From a virus (lineage: Duplodnaviria > Caudoviricetes): a stretch of 36,968 nucleotides of DNA. The stretch covers positions 1 through 36,968 of the IMG/VR virus record IMGVR_UViG_3300017565_000341. One strand, 5' to 3'. This document shows positions 16,790-25,872 of this stretch, in pieces. The notes below the pieces were generated by a model. It was not told the DNA's origin. It was given only the letters and a program-made list of their open reading frames with translations, and searched no databases. Each line of letters starts with the position of its first letter. Within the stretch, counting starts at the first letter, position 1. The position numbers were made by a program, and so were the translations under genes.

Positions 16790-18498
16790 TGCTTTGCCGC
16801 GAACGACACTCCCATGGGCAACGCGAGTCCTGCCGTGTCATTGAGGATCTGGCGGGCTTCGTCTTCCGTGATGACTTTGCCGACGCCCAGGTACACCTTC
16901 TGGACAGCCTCGACAGCAGAGACCGAGCGGTCGGTCTCCGGGTAGACCGCATAGTCCAGCTTGAACGCGTCCTCGCTGCCCAGCTCCTCCAGCGCGATCT
17001 TCCGCGTCTGAGCGATCACTCGGCACGTGGTGCGGATGTTCTCATAGACATCGCCCGTGCCGCGGCTCTTGCAGACGCTCTCCGGATTGTCAAAGCCGGC
17101 GGCGATTGCTTCCTTGTCGCCGCGGATCTCCTTGGACGCATCCCACCACGGCACACCGCGGGGCACCCATTCCCACTCGCAATCCTCGATCGTCATCCCT
17201 ACAGGCAGCGTCAGCCGGCCGCTCTTGATCCAGCCCTGCAGCTTCCACCGCGTGTAGTTGTCCCGAGCCGTGACCTGGTCCGTGCGCTTGTCGATGCAAC
17301 TGCGTTCATAATGCAGCCACGCCGCGCGGCTGCCAAAGAAGTTCGTGTGGCTCTCGTCATAAAACGAGTACGGGATGTCGAGGCTCTTGATCGCCACGCC
17401 CGTCACCAGCTGGCAAAACGCCTGCAGCTCCGTCGACGGGGTTTTGGATTCCAGGAACTCCGCCCGGTCGCCGGGATCCAGTTCCAGGTGCACCGGACCG
17501 CTGCCGAAGTCGACGTTGTACTTCTTGCCGTCCGGATCACCGTCTTCTGAGTCTGCGTCCAGGTCGATGTCACCGACCGATTCCAACGCCTCGCTGAACA
17601 CCGCGAACGCGAACAACTGCGAAACCTTCATCTTCGCCAGCGCGTAATCGAACCCCTCATAAACATCGCGGAGGTTGTTCAGCGCTGCGACGATCGGCGA
17701 CACGCCGCGGACCTGGTCCGCCGCAAACCGCGTGAAGTGTCCGTGATGAATCAGGTTGTCCGCTGGCACGATCCGCTGCAGCTCATACCCCGCACCGCCA
17801 CGGCCGCGGCGATGGATCGCGAACGACAGCGGCCGCCCCGCTGTGCCAACCCGCACGCCTTCGACCCATTCGACCGGCGAGCCATTGCCCGCATGCTTCT
17901 CGGACCGCAGATCCATATCCCGCGGGTTACGGATCAGGTCACTCTCGATTCCCTGCAGCCAGCCGCCCTCGATCTTCAGCAGGCCCATATCGCCGCCCAC
18001 CGTCCGCTGCATTTCGGCAATGCGGAACATCTTCTCGCGGCCGTACCGGCCCGCGATGTCACAGCGACTCGGCTCCGAATCCTCGGCCATCAGCCGTGAG
18101 ATCTGGGCGTCCAGCCCGCGCAGGGCCTCGGCATCGTACTGAGCGGCCAGCCGCTGGCACGTCGCCAGCCGGCTATGGAAATCGAACAGGGCAACGTAAT
18201 CCAGATGCCGCCGGATCATCCAACCGGCCAGCGTGAAGTTGCGGACTAGATCCTGTGACGTCGCATTCAGCTTCGTCCGCCGGCCAGTCCGCAGCAGGTT
18301 ATCCTCACGCGTGATCGTCGAGGGGCCATGCTGCCGGCGGCCGCGTGGGTTGATCGCGTCATAACCGCCGCCGCTGGTCTGATGTGCTGACGAGGACGCA
18401 GCGACAACCGGCACCTGGTCGACCATTTGCGTGTCGATCGAGGTAAAGCTGTCAGCGACAGAAAGCATCATCGATACCAAACAAGAGAGCAGAAGCAT
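16786..18498 (-). CDS. Lambda-family portal protein
   Basis: DLVRNFTLA, QVRGVSPI, NFFGSRAA, WVPRGVPWWDASKE. Start uncertain. Confidence 0.88.
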   Translation of the reverse strand: MLLLSCLVSMMLSVADSFTSIDTQMVDQVPVVAASSSAHQTSGGGYDAINPRGRRQHGPSTITREDNLLRTGRRTKLNATSQDLVRNFTLAGWMIRRHLDYVALFDFHSRLATCQRLAAQYDAEALRGLDAQISRLMAEDSEPSRCDIAGRYGREKMFRIAEMQRTVGGDMGLLKIEGGWLQGIESDLIRNPRDMDLRSEKHAGNGSPVEWVEGVRVGTAGRPLSFAIHRRGRGGAGYELQRIVPADNLIHHGHFTRFAADQVRGVSPIVAALNNLRDVYEGFDYALAKMKVSQLFAFAVFSEALESVGDIDLDADSEDGDPDGKKYNVDFGSGPVHLELDPGDRAEFLESKTPSTELQAFCQLVTGVAIKSLDIPYSFYDESHTNFFGSRAAWLHYERSCIDKRTDQVTARDNYTRWKLQGWIKSGRLTLPVGMTIEDCEWEWVPRGVPWWDASKEIRGDKEAIAAGFDNPESVCKSRGTGDVYENIRTTCRVIAQTRKIALEELGSEDAFKLDYAVYPETDRSVSAVEAVQKVYLGVGKVITEDEARQILNDTAGLALPMGVSFAAKQ

Positions 18499-18508
18499 GA
18501 GAGCCGTC

Positions 18509-18715
18509 TTAGGTGTCCAGCCGGATACGCGCCGCACGCGGGCGACGGCGGCGGCCTTCGGGCAACTGCGCCTCAAGATTCGCAAGCTGACGGCGGACGA
18601 CGTTCAGGTCGATCGACGTGGTCGTTCCGTCTACACTGATCGAGGTGACACCGCTTTCCAGCAGGTCGCGCAGCTCGATGATCTTCTCGCGGATGTCTCT
18701 TAATGACCGTTGCAT
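18509..18715 (-). CDS. gpW-like head-tail adaptor
   Basis: Small ORF before portal with the helix-SISVDGTTTS-helix pattern. Confidence 0.65.
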   Translation of the reverse strand: MQRSLRDIREKIIELRDLLESGVTSISVDGTTTSIDLNVVRRQLANLEAQLPEGRRRRPRAARIRLDT

Positions 18716-18775
18716 GAGGCGACGGTAGCAATCGCCATCAGTCGCCAAAAGCGACGAAATACGGAGTTTGGAATA

Positions 18776-19042
18776 ATGACCAGGCGAAAAGTTAAACCTT
18801 CCATCCTGTACCGCCGCGGCATCCTCTTAAGGGTCGAGTTGTCCGAGCGTGAGAAGCTCAACGAAGAGGCCCACGCGAAGGGGCTTTCGCTGCAGCAGCA
18901 CTTGCGGCTGCAGCTCGGCCTCGGCCTCGACAAGAAGCATCGCCCACCCGAGGGCCTCGCCAAGCGAGGCCTAGCCAACCTTGACCCAACCGGCCGCCTC
19001 TGCCTTCCGGCCGACTCCGACCCGTTGGAGTCCAGCCTTTAG
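18776..19042 (+). CDS. Small ribbon-helix-helix/MobC-like DNA-binding protein
   Basis: ILLRVELSEREKLNEEAHAKGLSLQQHLR; GGAG RBS; antisense to the late operon. Confidence 0.5.
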   Translation: MTRRKVKPSILYRRGILLRVELSEREKLNEEAHAKGLSLQQHLRLQLGLGLDKKHRPPEGLAKRGLANLDPTGRLCLPADSDPLESSL

Positions 19043-19050
19043 GCTGCCGG

Positions 19051-19302
19051 CTAGACCCGATTCTCACAACTCCGATCAACCCGCAACTGGCCGCACTTCT
19101 TGCAATTCGTCCAGCGCCGCACCAGGTGCGTGTACGGCCCATCTGGACCGACACCGCAGATCGACGTGGTTGTCGTGTGCCGATACGGCTCTCGCTCTGT
19201 TGAATCGCACTTCGGGCACCGGCTCTGCGACACGTCAACGATCGTGCTCCGAGTCTTGGATCCGCTCGGCCGACCAGCCGCAGTACTCTTCGATTTGGCC
19301 AT
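19051..19302 (-). CDS. Zn-finger protein (Ogr/Delta-like)
   Basis: CPKC...CKKC; follows terminase. Confidence 0.55.
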   Translation of the reverse strand: MAKSKSTAAGRPSGSKTRSTIVDVSQSRCPKCDSTEREPYRHTTTTSICGVGPDGPYTHLVRRWTNCKKCGQLRVDRSCENRV

Positions 19303-19330
19303 GCGGCCCTCCATGGTTTTAATAAGAGAA

Positions 19331-21490
19331 TCAGGCAGCCAGTCCGCCGGCGTACCCGCGTTTGCGTTTCTTCTTCGTCGCCTTCACGCTGCGGTGCTCC
19401 GCCAGCTTCACGCCTTCCAAGCTGGCCAACGCCGCGCTGTTCACCAGACAATCCCACAAGTGGTTATCCGGCTTTGACGCCGGCAGCGTGTAGACATCGC
19501 CGCGCCGTTCCTCGCCGATGATATGTTTCCGCGACTCCGCCCGGATGTGCTCGGCCAGCATCTTATGCTCGGTTTTGTATCGAGCCCGCGGCTTGGGAAA
19601 GCAGAGCGATCCCTTGTCGCCGTCCGCCGTGCCGAAGCGGTTGTGCACAAACGTTTTCCAAAAGTTCGTATCGATCAGCATGTGGCGGCCGCCGCCGGTC
19701 GTGGGTCGCAGCAACAGCTTCAGCCCTCGCCGTTCCCCGTCCACCTTCCGCCATGATTCCATGGGTGCTTGGGTGGGCGTAATCCCGCGACCAAAGCAGG
19801 GGAGCAATAGCGAAGCGTGGGTGTGGGTGCGGCAGACCTCCTGGACGATCTTGGTAACCGGTCCCCAAGCGGCATCGACTCCAATGCGGCGGACGCGGTG
19901 CTCCAAGCCAGTTGGCGTTTTGAAAACTCTTGCAACGAGATAATCGATGCAATCAGACAGGCCAGCTTTGGTTCGCCCCTCAAGGCCTGCGCGGGGGTAT
20001 TTTTTGGCAAGCGTTTGCCTCGCCTGCGCGAGCGTGAAGTACGTGATCCCCTGATCGGGAAAGGCTCCATAGTCAATGATCCATCCGGTAAAGTCCTCAG
20101 TCCGCCATGCCACCACAACCCAGTAAAGCACCTTACCCTGCACGTCGATGTAGGCCGTCAACGTATCGGCATCCGGTGGAACAACTCCCCGCTCATAGCC
20201 GCTGTGCTTGGCCAGCAACTGGTCGACGGTCAGCAGCTCGCTGTCCTCATCCGGATCACGCGGCTCGTTCTGATACTCACACCAGAACGCGTCCTCATCC
20301 TGCAGCAGCAGGTTATAAGCGTGCTGGATCGCCGAGGCCTCACCCTTCTTATAACGAGCCTCCCATCCGACCCGCGAACCGGCGTCCATCTTCTTGCGAT
20401 GGCGGACATAGAACTCCGTCGCCGCCGCGATCCCGCGGCCGCTGGCCAGCTCCTCCGCCCGGATCACCGCGTACTGGTCCCACAACTCCTCGTTCGTCGG
20501 CCACTCATAGACCAGTTGGAACCGTTCGCCCTGCCACTCCGGATGCTCCTCGCGATCCAGCAGCCGGTCGGCCACGTCGCCCTTGCGGATCACCGTGCAC
20601 AGCATGAATCCGCAGATCGCCTCGCCCGGTCCGGCCAGCCCCAGAATGTCACCCTGGATCGTCTCCAGCCGATCGTTGCACTGCGTCTCCGACTTCGCCG
20701 ATCGCTTCGTCTGCGGATCGTCCACGATCACACAGTCTGGCCGCAGCGTCTGGCCGCTGGGCGTCGTGTGCTGCATGCCCCGGATCGAGCCCGTCATTCC
20801 TTGGATCTCGATCAGGGCGCCGGAGCATGCCGCCCCCGGGATCGTGGCCAGAACGATCGCCTTCTTGCCCCACTCGATATAGGTCCGCTCGCCGCCGTGC
20901 ATCTGGCCGCGGCAGCGGTTGGCGATTCCCTCGAGCTTGCGCACCGGGTAGCAGGCCTCCGGGTAGAGCGCCAGCAGCTCATCGTTGCATTCCAGCTCGA
21001 CCTTCACCGTCCGCAGCAGCTTTGCCGCATGGGTGGCCGTGGGGCCAATCAGGGCGATGTACTTGCGCCGCCCCGACAGGATCGCCCACAACACCGCGCA
21101 AACGATCAGCGTCGTCTTGCCCGATCCGCGGGGCATGCTGAGAGCGAACAGCAACCCATCGACCACTGAGGCCTGAATCTTCGCGATCGCCTTTTCGTGG
21201 TCGGGCGAGAAGTCCTTACTGAACTTGGGCGCGAAGCAGTACAGGCAGAAGTACTTGAACGACGCATCGCACTTCTTCCGCTCGGCCTTGTTCGCTACCC
21301 CCGGAAACGCTTCCTTGATGTCGCGACCGCTGGCCGATTGATCCGCCTGCCGCTGCCGCTCGCGTTCCTTCCGCCGCTCATAAGCCGCGGCCGAAGATCG
21401 CTTAGGGATCTTGGGCGTCTGGGGCTTCGGTGCCTTGGGCTTCGCGGTCGATGCCTTCGGCTTTGCTTTCGTTGCTGCTTTCTTCGCCAA
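19331..21490 (-). CDS. Terminase large subunit (GpA-type nuclease)
   Basis: MPRGSGKTT Walker A, VIVDDPQ Walker B, YIDVQ, GVDAAWG, NHLWDCLV. Confidence 0.92.
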   Translation of the reverse strand: MAKKAATKAKPKASTAKPKAPKPQTPKIPKRSSAAAYERRKERERQRQADQSASGRDIKEAFPGVANKAERKKCDASFKYFCLYCFAPKFSKDFSPDHEKAIAKIQASVVDGLLFALSMPRGSGKTTLIVCAVLWAILSGRRKYIALIGPTATHAAKLLRTVKVELECNDELLALYPEACYPVRKLEGIANRCRGQMHGGERTYIEWGKKAIVLATIPGAACSGALIEIQGMTGSIRGMQHTTPSGQTLRPDCVIVDDPQTKRSAKSETQCNDRLETIQGDILGLAGPGEAICGFMLCTVIRKGDVADRLLDREEHPEWQGERFQLVYEWPTNEELWDQYAVIRAEELASGRGIAAATEFYVRHRKKMDAGSRVGWEARYKKGEASAIQHAYNLLLQDEDAFWCEYQNEPRDPDEDSELLTVDQLLAKHSGYERGVVPPDADTLTAYIDVQGKVLYWVVVAWRTEDFTGWIIDYGAFPDQGITYFTLAQARQTLAKKYPRAGLEGRTKAGLSDCIDYLVARVFKTPTGLEHRVRRIGVDAAWGPVTKIVQEVCRTHTHASLLLPCFGRGITPTQAPMESWRKVDGERRGLKLLLRPTTGGGRHMLIDTNFWKTFVHNRFGTADGDKGSLCFPKPRARYKTEHKMLAEHIRAESRKHIIGEERRGDVYTLPASKPDNHLWDCLVNSAALASLEGVKLAEHRSVKATKKKRKRGYAGGLAA

Positions 21491-21493
21491 GGC

Positions 21494-21784
21494 TTACAAC
21501 CCCGCATCCATTCGGAACTGGTCTGCCAGCGCGGAAGCAAAGAGCAGGACGTCACAATCCAGCTCGATCTGGCCGACCCGTAGGCCGAGCGTACAGACCG
21601 CATTGCCAAGCACGAGGTGATAGAGAGCGACACCGGCCGTCACGGCCCCAACCTCGATCGTCTCAATCCTTAGCACCTGCCGCACTTGCCGCAGGACTTC
21701 CTCCGCCCGGTCCATGTGATGTTGGAGTTCAGGCTTTAGCCTGCGTTCTGGTCTCATACGAACACCACATCCTGCGTTGGTCAC
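21494..21784 (-). CDS. Hypothetical protein (REP-like 25-mer in its 5' part)
   Basis: Fills the gap in the operon; contains RLKPELQ encoded by the repeat. Start uncertain. Confidence 0.5.
   Translation of the reverse strand: MTNAGCGVRMRPERRLKPELQHHMDRAEEVLRQVRQVLRIETIEVGAVTAGVALYHLVLGNAVCTLGLRVGQIELDCDVLLFASALADQFRMDAGL
21721..21745. repeat. REP-like 25-mer, copy 2
   Basis: Identical to 12343-12367. Confidence 0.75.
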
Positions 21785-22068
21785 CCCGCCCGGCGCAGCT
21801 CAACGAACTCCAACCGAGTTTCCAGCCGACCGACCATCACACGCAGATCCTCGCGATCCTTGCGACACTCACTGACATCAGCCTCCAGGACGCCGTTCTG
21901 CGTCCGCAGTTCCGTGATTGCTGCCTCGTGCTTGGCGACGTTCGTCTCCAGCGCCGCGATCTCAGTACTGCGGGATGTCTTGAACAGGTACACAACGGTC
22001 CCGGCCAGGGAGCTGATCACCGCAGCGCCTGCTGTGAGTATCCAGTTAGAATCTGCGGGGTTCGTCAT
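21781..22068 (-). CDS. Single-TM coiled-coil protein (holin/spanin-like)
   Basis: N-terminal TM WILTAGAAVISSLAGTVVYLF followed by heptads. Confidence 0.55.
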   Translation of the reverse strand: MTNPADSNWILTAGAAVISSLAGTVVYLFKTSRSTEIAALETNVAKHEAAITELRTQNGVLEADVSECRKDREDLRVMVGRLETRLEFVELRRAG

Positions 22069-22074
22069 GTTTCT

Positions 22075-22938
22075 TTATAGTTGCGGTTTCCCGATCGACC
22101 CGCCCGGCTTCTTGCTCACCAGCTTGCCGTCAGCGGTTCCCACCGCGGCGGCTTCATCCGGCAGCGGTTGCCCCTGGCGCCCCAGCTCGGCTGCATCGAC
22201 CGGGTACTCCGCCAGGTTCGTAATGATCTCGTTGGCCGGCCAGCCGCGGAACAGCGGCCGCAGGTCATCCTCCGTGGCTCGGCTCAAGATCGGCCCCGGG
22301 CTGTCCATCGCTTCAAAATTGATCACCACGCTGTCAGGCGCGTACTGGTTGTAATGTTCATCCTGGAATAAGAACTCCTCCGCCATTACCGTTTCCAACG
22401 GCAACTGCAAAAGTTCGATTCCCACCAGATACTTGATCTCGCGAAAGTACTTCCAAATGTCGCTGGCGAATTGCTGCGTCACGGTCAGCGCCAGGTTGTT
22501 GTCGCTGTGCTGATAGATGTTGCACAACGCGATCATCACCAGATGGTTGTATTCGCTGAGCCAATGGTTCCGAACCATCGACCCCGGGAAGAACGGCACC
22601 GGGTGAATCAGCCACGGTTTCATATCCGCCGTCGCATGGCCTTCCTCAAGCCGCACGTCGCTATAAACCTTCATCCTGCTCTGTAGCACCGACTGCACCC
22701 GGTTGATCAACTTGCAAAGCCGCTCGACCGTGTTGCGGCTTGGCGGCTGCGTGCGCTGCGCGTCGATGTGGGTCATGATGAACAGTTGGCTTTTGCCAAC
22801 GAAGTCCGCCAGATTCCAGATCGGCGTCGACAACGTGCCGTAGTTGTTGCCGAAGTTCGCCACGCCGAAGCCGAGCTGAGCCCAGGGCGTGACGTTGTAG
22901 AGCAGGGGGCGATCGCTTCCGAATCCGTTTTGTGCCAT
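22075..22938 (-). CDS. Hypothetical protein
   Basis: 287-aa ORF, globular composition, AAGGAAAGGA RBS. Confidence 0.75.
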   Translation of the reverse strand: MAQNGFGSDRPLLYNVTPWAQLGFGVANFGNNYGTLSTPIWNLADFVGKSQLFIMTHIDAQRTQPPSRNTVERLCKLINRVQSVLQSRMKVYSDVRLEEGHATADMKPWLIHPVPFFPGSMVRNHWLSEYNHLVMIALCNIYQHSDNNLALTVTQQFASDIWKYFREIKYLVGIELLQLPLETVMAEEFLFQDEHYNQYAPDSVVINFEAMDSPGPILSRATEDDLRPLFRGWPANEIITNLAEYPVDAAELGRQGQPLPDEAAAVGTADGKLVSKKPGGSIGKPQL

Positions 22939-22949
22939 GGTTCCTTTCC

Positions 22950-24617
22950 TTAGTCGGACCAGCCGACGTGACTCCCCTTTGAATCGGATTGGCCGCGTCC
23001 GGAGTCGGCGACACGGCTACCCTGCAGAATTTGCTCGCACACCGAGCGGATACGTTTCACCACCGGCGCGTGCTGGGGGAACGTTTTGACCTCCCGAGCC
23101 AGCGCCTCATGCAACGCTTGGGCTTCGAGGTTCACGGTCGGCACGTGCACCACTTCGGTGCGGGTTTCGACTTGCGGCCGCGGCGGTTCGATCCGCGTTT
23201 CCGGCATCGATGTTGGCCGCGGCTTCTTGCGAGGTTCCCGGCGTGCTGCCGGGGCTGGTTCAAAAGGGACAGGGCCGACCCCGGCGGCCGGTTGTGCTGG
23301 GGAGCTTGAGGCGTGGGCTCTCCGGCGAAAATACAACCCGGCCAGCTTGATCGCGACCATTCCAAAGGCTCCGCCCGGGATCGCGATATTAAGCCCCAGC
23401 GCCGCCGCGGCCGTGGTCAGTGCACCGAGCCAATCGGTCGGCCGCCCCGCCTCGATCTCGCCGGCCGACTGCCGCACCACTGCAGGGATCACCGCGTCGA
23501 CATGCTTAACGATCGCCGAGTAATCGACCCGCGGCGTCTCCCCGTGCGCACCATCTTGTCCCGCTGGTCCCGGCGGCCCCGGTTCGCCTGCAGGCCCTGG
23601 TTCACCAGCCGGCCCGCGCAGCCGGTCGTCGGCCGCCAGTTCCCGTGCCAGCCGGGCCAAGAACTCCTGATCCGACTTCATTTGTTCCGCCACCCTGATC
23701 GGATCAACCCTTATCGGGTCGACCGGCTGTTGCGTCTGGGACGCAGCCGGCAGCGGAGCAGATTGCGGGATCGGCCGGAGGTTTGGCCCGGCTAGCGAGG
23801 GTTGGGCGAGTGAAGGTTGGGCCACGGGCTGAGCATCGCCCCGGTAAACCGGCTGAGCGTATTGCGGATGCGTCTGTTGCACGAGCTGTTGCGGCCGCTG
23901 CGGCCCCCGCAGGATCTCGCCGCACTGTTGAATCAGTCTTCGAACGGGCCGAATCTGGCACGCTGGTAGGCGGCATTGCGTTTCCAGCAGCCGCAGCAGG
24001 TGAGTGTGTGCCACGGCAAAGCAGGCCTCGCCATCGCTCCCCCAGTTCACGCCCACCAATTCACCGGACGCGTTCACGATTGGCGATCCCGACTCACCTT
24101 GGCGGACCGGAAAGCTGACTTCCAGATTGCCATCGGCCGTCATCCGCTGCAGCTGACCAGCGTGGGCAGTCGCCCGCGGCGCGTTGTCCGGAAAGCCGGC
24201 GGCATACAGTGGTTCACCGATCTGCGGTGCGGCCGGCGCTAGCGGGACCACCGGCAGATCGACGCCCAGGTTCGCGACCAGGACACACAGATCCGCTCGG
24301 TTATCGTCTGGGTTGCCGGCTAACACCACCTGCGCCTCGGCCGATCCGATGCCCGGGGCCGTGATCTCGACCGCCCGGACTCCGTCCCGCATGCCGTGCG
24401 AATTGGTGACCACCACGATCCAGCCGCTGTCCGACCCGATCACGCACCCGCTCAGCCATGCCGTGCCGTTGCCGTGGTCATGGAACCCGACCTTGATCAG
24501 GCTCTCGGACCGGATCGGGAACTCGGCCGCATGGACCGCCGCGCCGGAATGGAGAAACGCGACGGCCCACACGACCAGTTGCCAGAGAGTGATTCGGATC
24601 ATGGGCCACCCGATCAC
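22950..24617 (-). CDS. Exported trypsin-like serine protease with collagen-like repeat and TM segment
   Basis: Signal peptide; VTNSH, DLCVL, GESGSP triad; GPAGEPGPAGEPGPPGPAGQDG; hydrophobic AAAALGLNIAIPGGAFGMVAI. Confidence 0.85.
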   Translation of the reverse strand: MIGWPMIRITLWQLVVWAVAFLHSGAAVHAAEFPIRSESLIKVGFHDHGNGTAWLSGCVIGSDSGWIVVVTNSHGMRDGVRAVEITAPGIGSAEAQVVLAGNPDDNRADLCVLVANLGVDLPVVPLAPAAPQIGEPLYAAGFPDNAPRATAHAGQLQRMTADGNLEVSFPVRQGESGSPIVNASGELVGVNWGSDGEACFAVAHTHLLRLLETQCRLPACQIRPVRRLIQQCGEILRGPQRPQQLVQQTHPQYAQPVYRGDAQPVAQPSLAQPSLAGPNLRPIPQSAPLPAASQTQQPVDPIRVDPIRVAEQMKSDQEFLARLARELAADDRLRGPAGEPGPAGEPGPPGPAGQDGAHGETPRVDYSAIVKHVDAVIPAVVRQSAGEIEAGRPTDWLGALTTAAAALGLNIAIPGGAFGMVAIKLAGLYFRRRAHASSSPAQPAAGVGPVPFEPAPAARREPRKKPRPTSMPETRIEPPRPQVETRTEVVHVPTVNLEAQALHEALAREVKTFPQHAPVVKRIRSVCEQILQGSRVADSGRGQSDSKGSHVGWSD

Positions 24618-25054
24618 TCGTGGACTGTAAAAGAAACGCTCCCGGCTCGGTTCTGCGGCTTCGCTTGCCTCAGCGTCTTCAGCCAGACTTCCGCCTCGGC
24701 GCGCGCTTCGCCATCGACCGGCAGCTTACCGCCGCTGCGGACGTAGGCCTTTGCCGCCGCATCCAGCATTGATGCACGGCGGGCCGGCGGGATCTCGGCC
24801 AGCACAAACGCCAGCACATCAGCGGTCGGCGCGGCCGAGCTGCTGTTGACGATCGAGGGCGTGCCGACTTCGAGGCTCCCGGCGAAGTCAAAAGAATGCT
24901 TGGCCCGTCCGATGGTGCCAGCGACTTCGCAAGAGATTGGGGTCGAGCTGCCGGATTTCAGCAGATCCCGGTTGGCGTTCTTGCTGGAGAAACTCGCCAG
25001 AGCGATCAGCAGGACCGAGCGGCGGTAGGCTTGAACGAGCTTATCAGCGGCCAT
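24614..25054 (-). CDS. Hypothetical protein, first gene of the late region
   Basis: ATG 25054 with an ACGGA RBS; overlaps the next gene. Confidence 0.65.
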   Translation of the reverse strand: MAADKLVQAYRRSVLLIALASFSSKNANRDLLKSGSSTPISCEVAGTIGRAKHSFDFAGSLEVGTPSIVNSSSAAPTADVLAFVLAEIPPARRASMLDAAAKAYVRSGGKLPVDGEARAEAEVWLKTLRQAKPQNRAGSVSFTVHE

Positions 25055-25260
25055 GATCGCGTCCGTGCGTGATTGACTCACAGCCCGTGGTCGGTGGCCA
25101 GGCATCGCCTCATGCGATGACTCCCCAGTCCGCCGATCCTTCGGCAGCGTGGCAACCGATCACGGGCTGGGGAGTACCAACAAAAAAACCCCAGCAAACA
25201 CCGGCACGAGCAATCTTTGCTCGTGACGTGGACTGGGGATGTGCGGCATTGTATAGATCA
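25055..25260 (-). promoter_or_regulatory. Structured late leader with terminator-like element and GGA hairpins
   Basis: CCCCAG...CUGGGG-U7, a 9-bp hairpin at 25205-25225, GCCG-AAGGAU-CGGC (25132-25145), CGC-ACGGAC-GCG (25058-25069). Confidence 0.5.
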
Positions 25261-25326
25261 GCCGCTGCAGTAGTAGCTATAGCAAATTCAGATTCCAAAA
25301 CTATTTCTCAGGCAGGATGCCGACCC

Positions 25327-25872
25327 GTGACCGTAAGCATCACCGAGATCCCCGGTTGGCAAACGCTCACACCGGAGCAACTTCGCGAGCAGCTGCTCGA
25401 AGTGGTCGAGATTCCGATCAATGTGCAGGTGACATTCGGCGACATCGAAACGGTGCTCCAGGATGACACCGCCGCGGAACTGGTGACGTCGACGGTCAAA
25501 TCAGCAGGGGACATGTCCGCCCGGCTTTACTCCGCGTTCATCGCGTTGAGCGGCAACGGTCTCAATCTGTCATTGCCGGAGCGGCAAGAGATGATTGATC
25601 AGCTCGCCGCATCGGGAAGTTGGCCTGACCAAGTCCGCGATGCAATCAAAGCGATGGGCGTCGAGCGCCGTACGCGATGGACCGATCTCGGCGGCGAAGG
25701 CGAGGTGCCCGACTTGGCAACGATCGCGCAAATGCAAGAGTCCGCCAAGCTGCAAGAGTTTGCCCAACTGCTCGGCCAGCGGATCACGGCAGCCGCGATG
25801 CTGGCCGCTGCGGATTCTGCAGCTACTGAGCAATCGGTCCGCGATGCGGCTATTGTTGAGGCAGGGGCATGA
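25327..25872 (+). CDS. Hypothetical protein
   Basis: GTG 25327 preceded by GGCAGGATGCC; ATGA overlap with the next gene. Confidence 0.65.
   Translation: MTVSITEIPGWQTLTPEQLREQLLEVVEIPINVQVTFGDIETVLQDDTAAELVTSTVKSAGDMSARLYSAFIALSGNGLNLSLPERQEMIDQLAASGSWPDQVRDAIKAMGVERRTRWTDLGGEGEVPDLATIAQMQESAKLQEFAQLLGQRITAAAMLAAADSAATEQSVRDAAIVEAGA

Noticed and set aside
12102-21169. Long plus-strand ORFs (e.g. 12271-13182, 14131-15321, 19817-21169)
   Set aside because: Antisense shadows of well-supported high-GC phage genes.
25246-25286. Sigma70 late promoter (TACAAT on the minus strand)
   Set aside because: No -35 element at a suitable spacing, so it cannot be supported from sequence alone.
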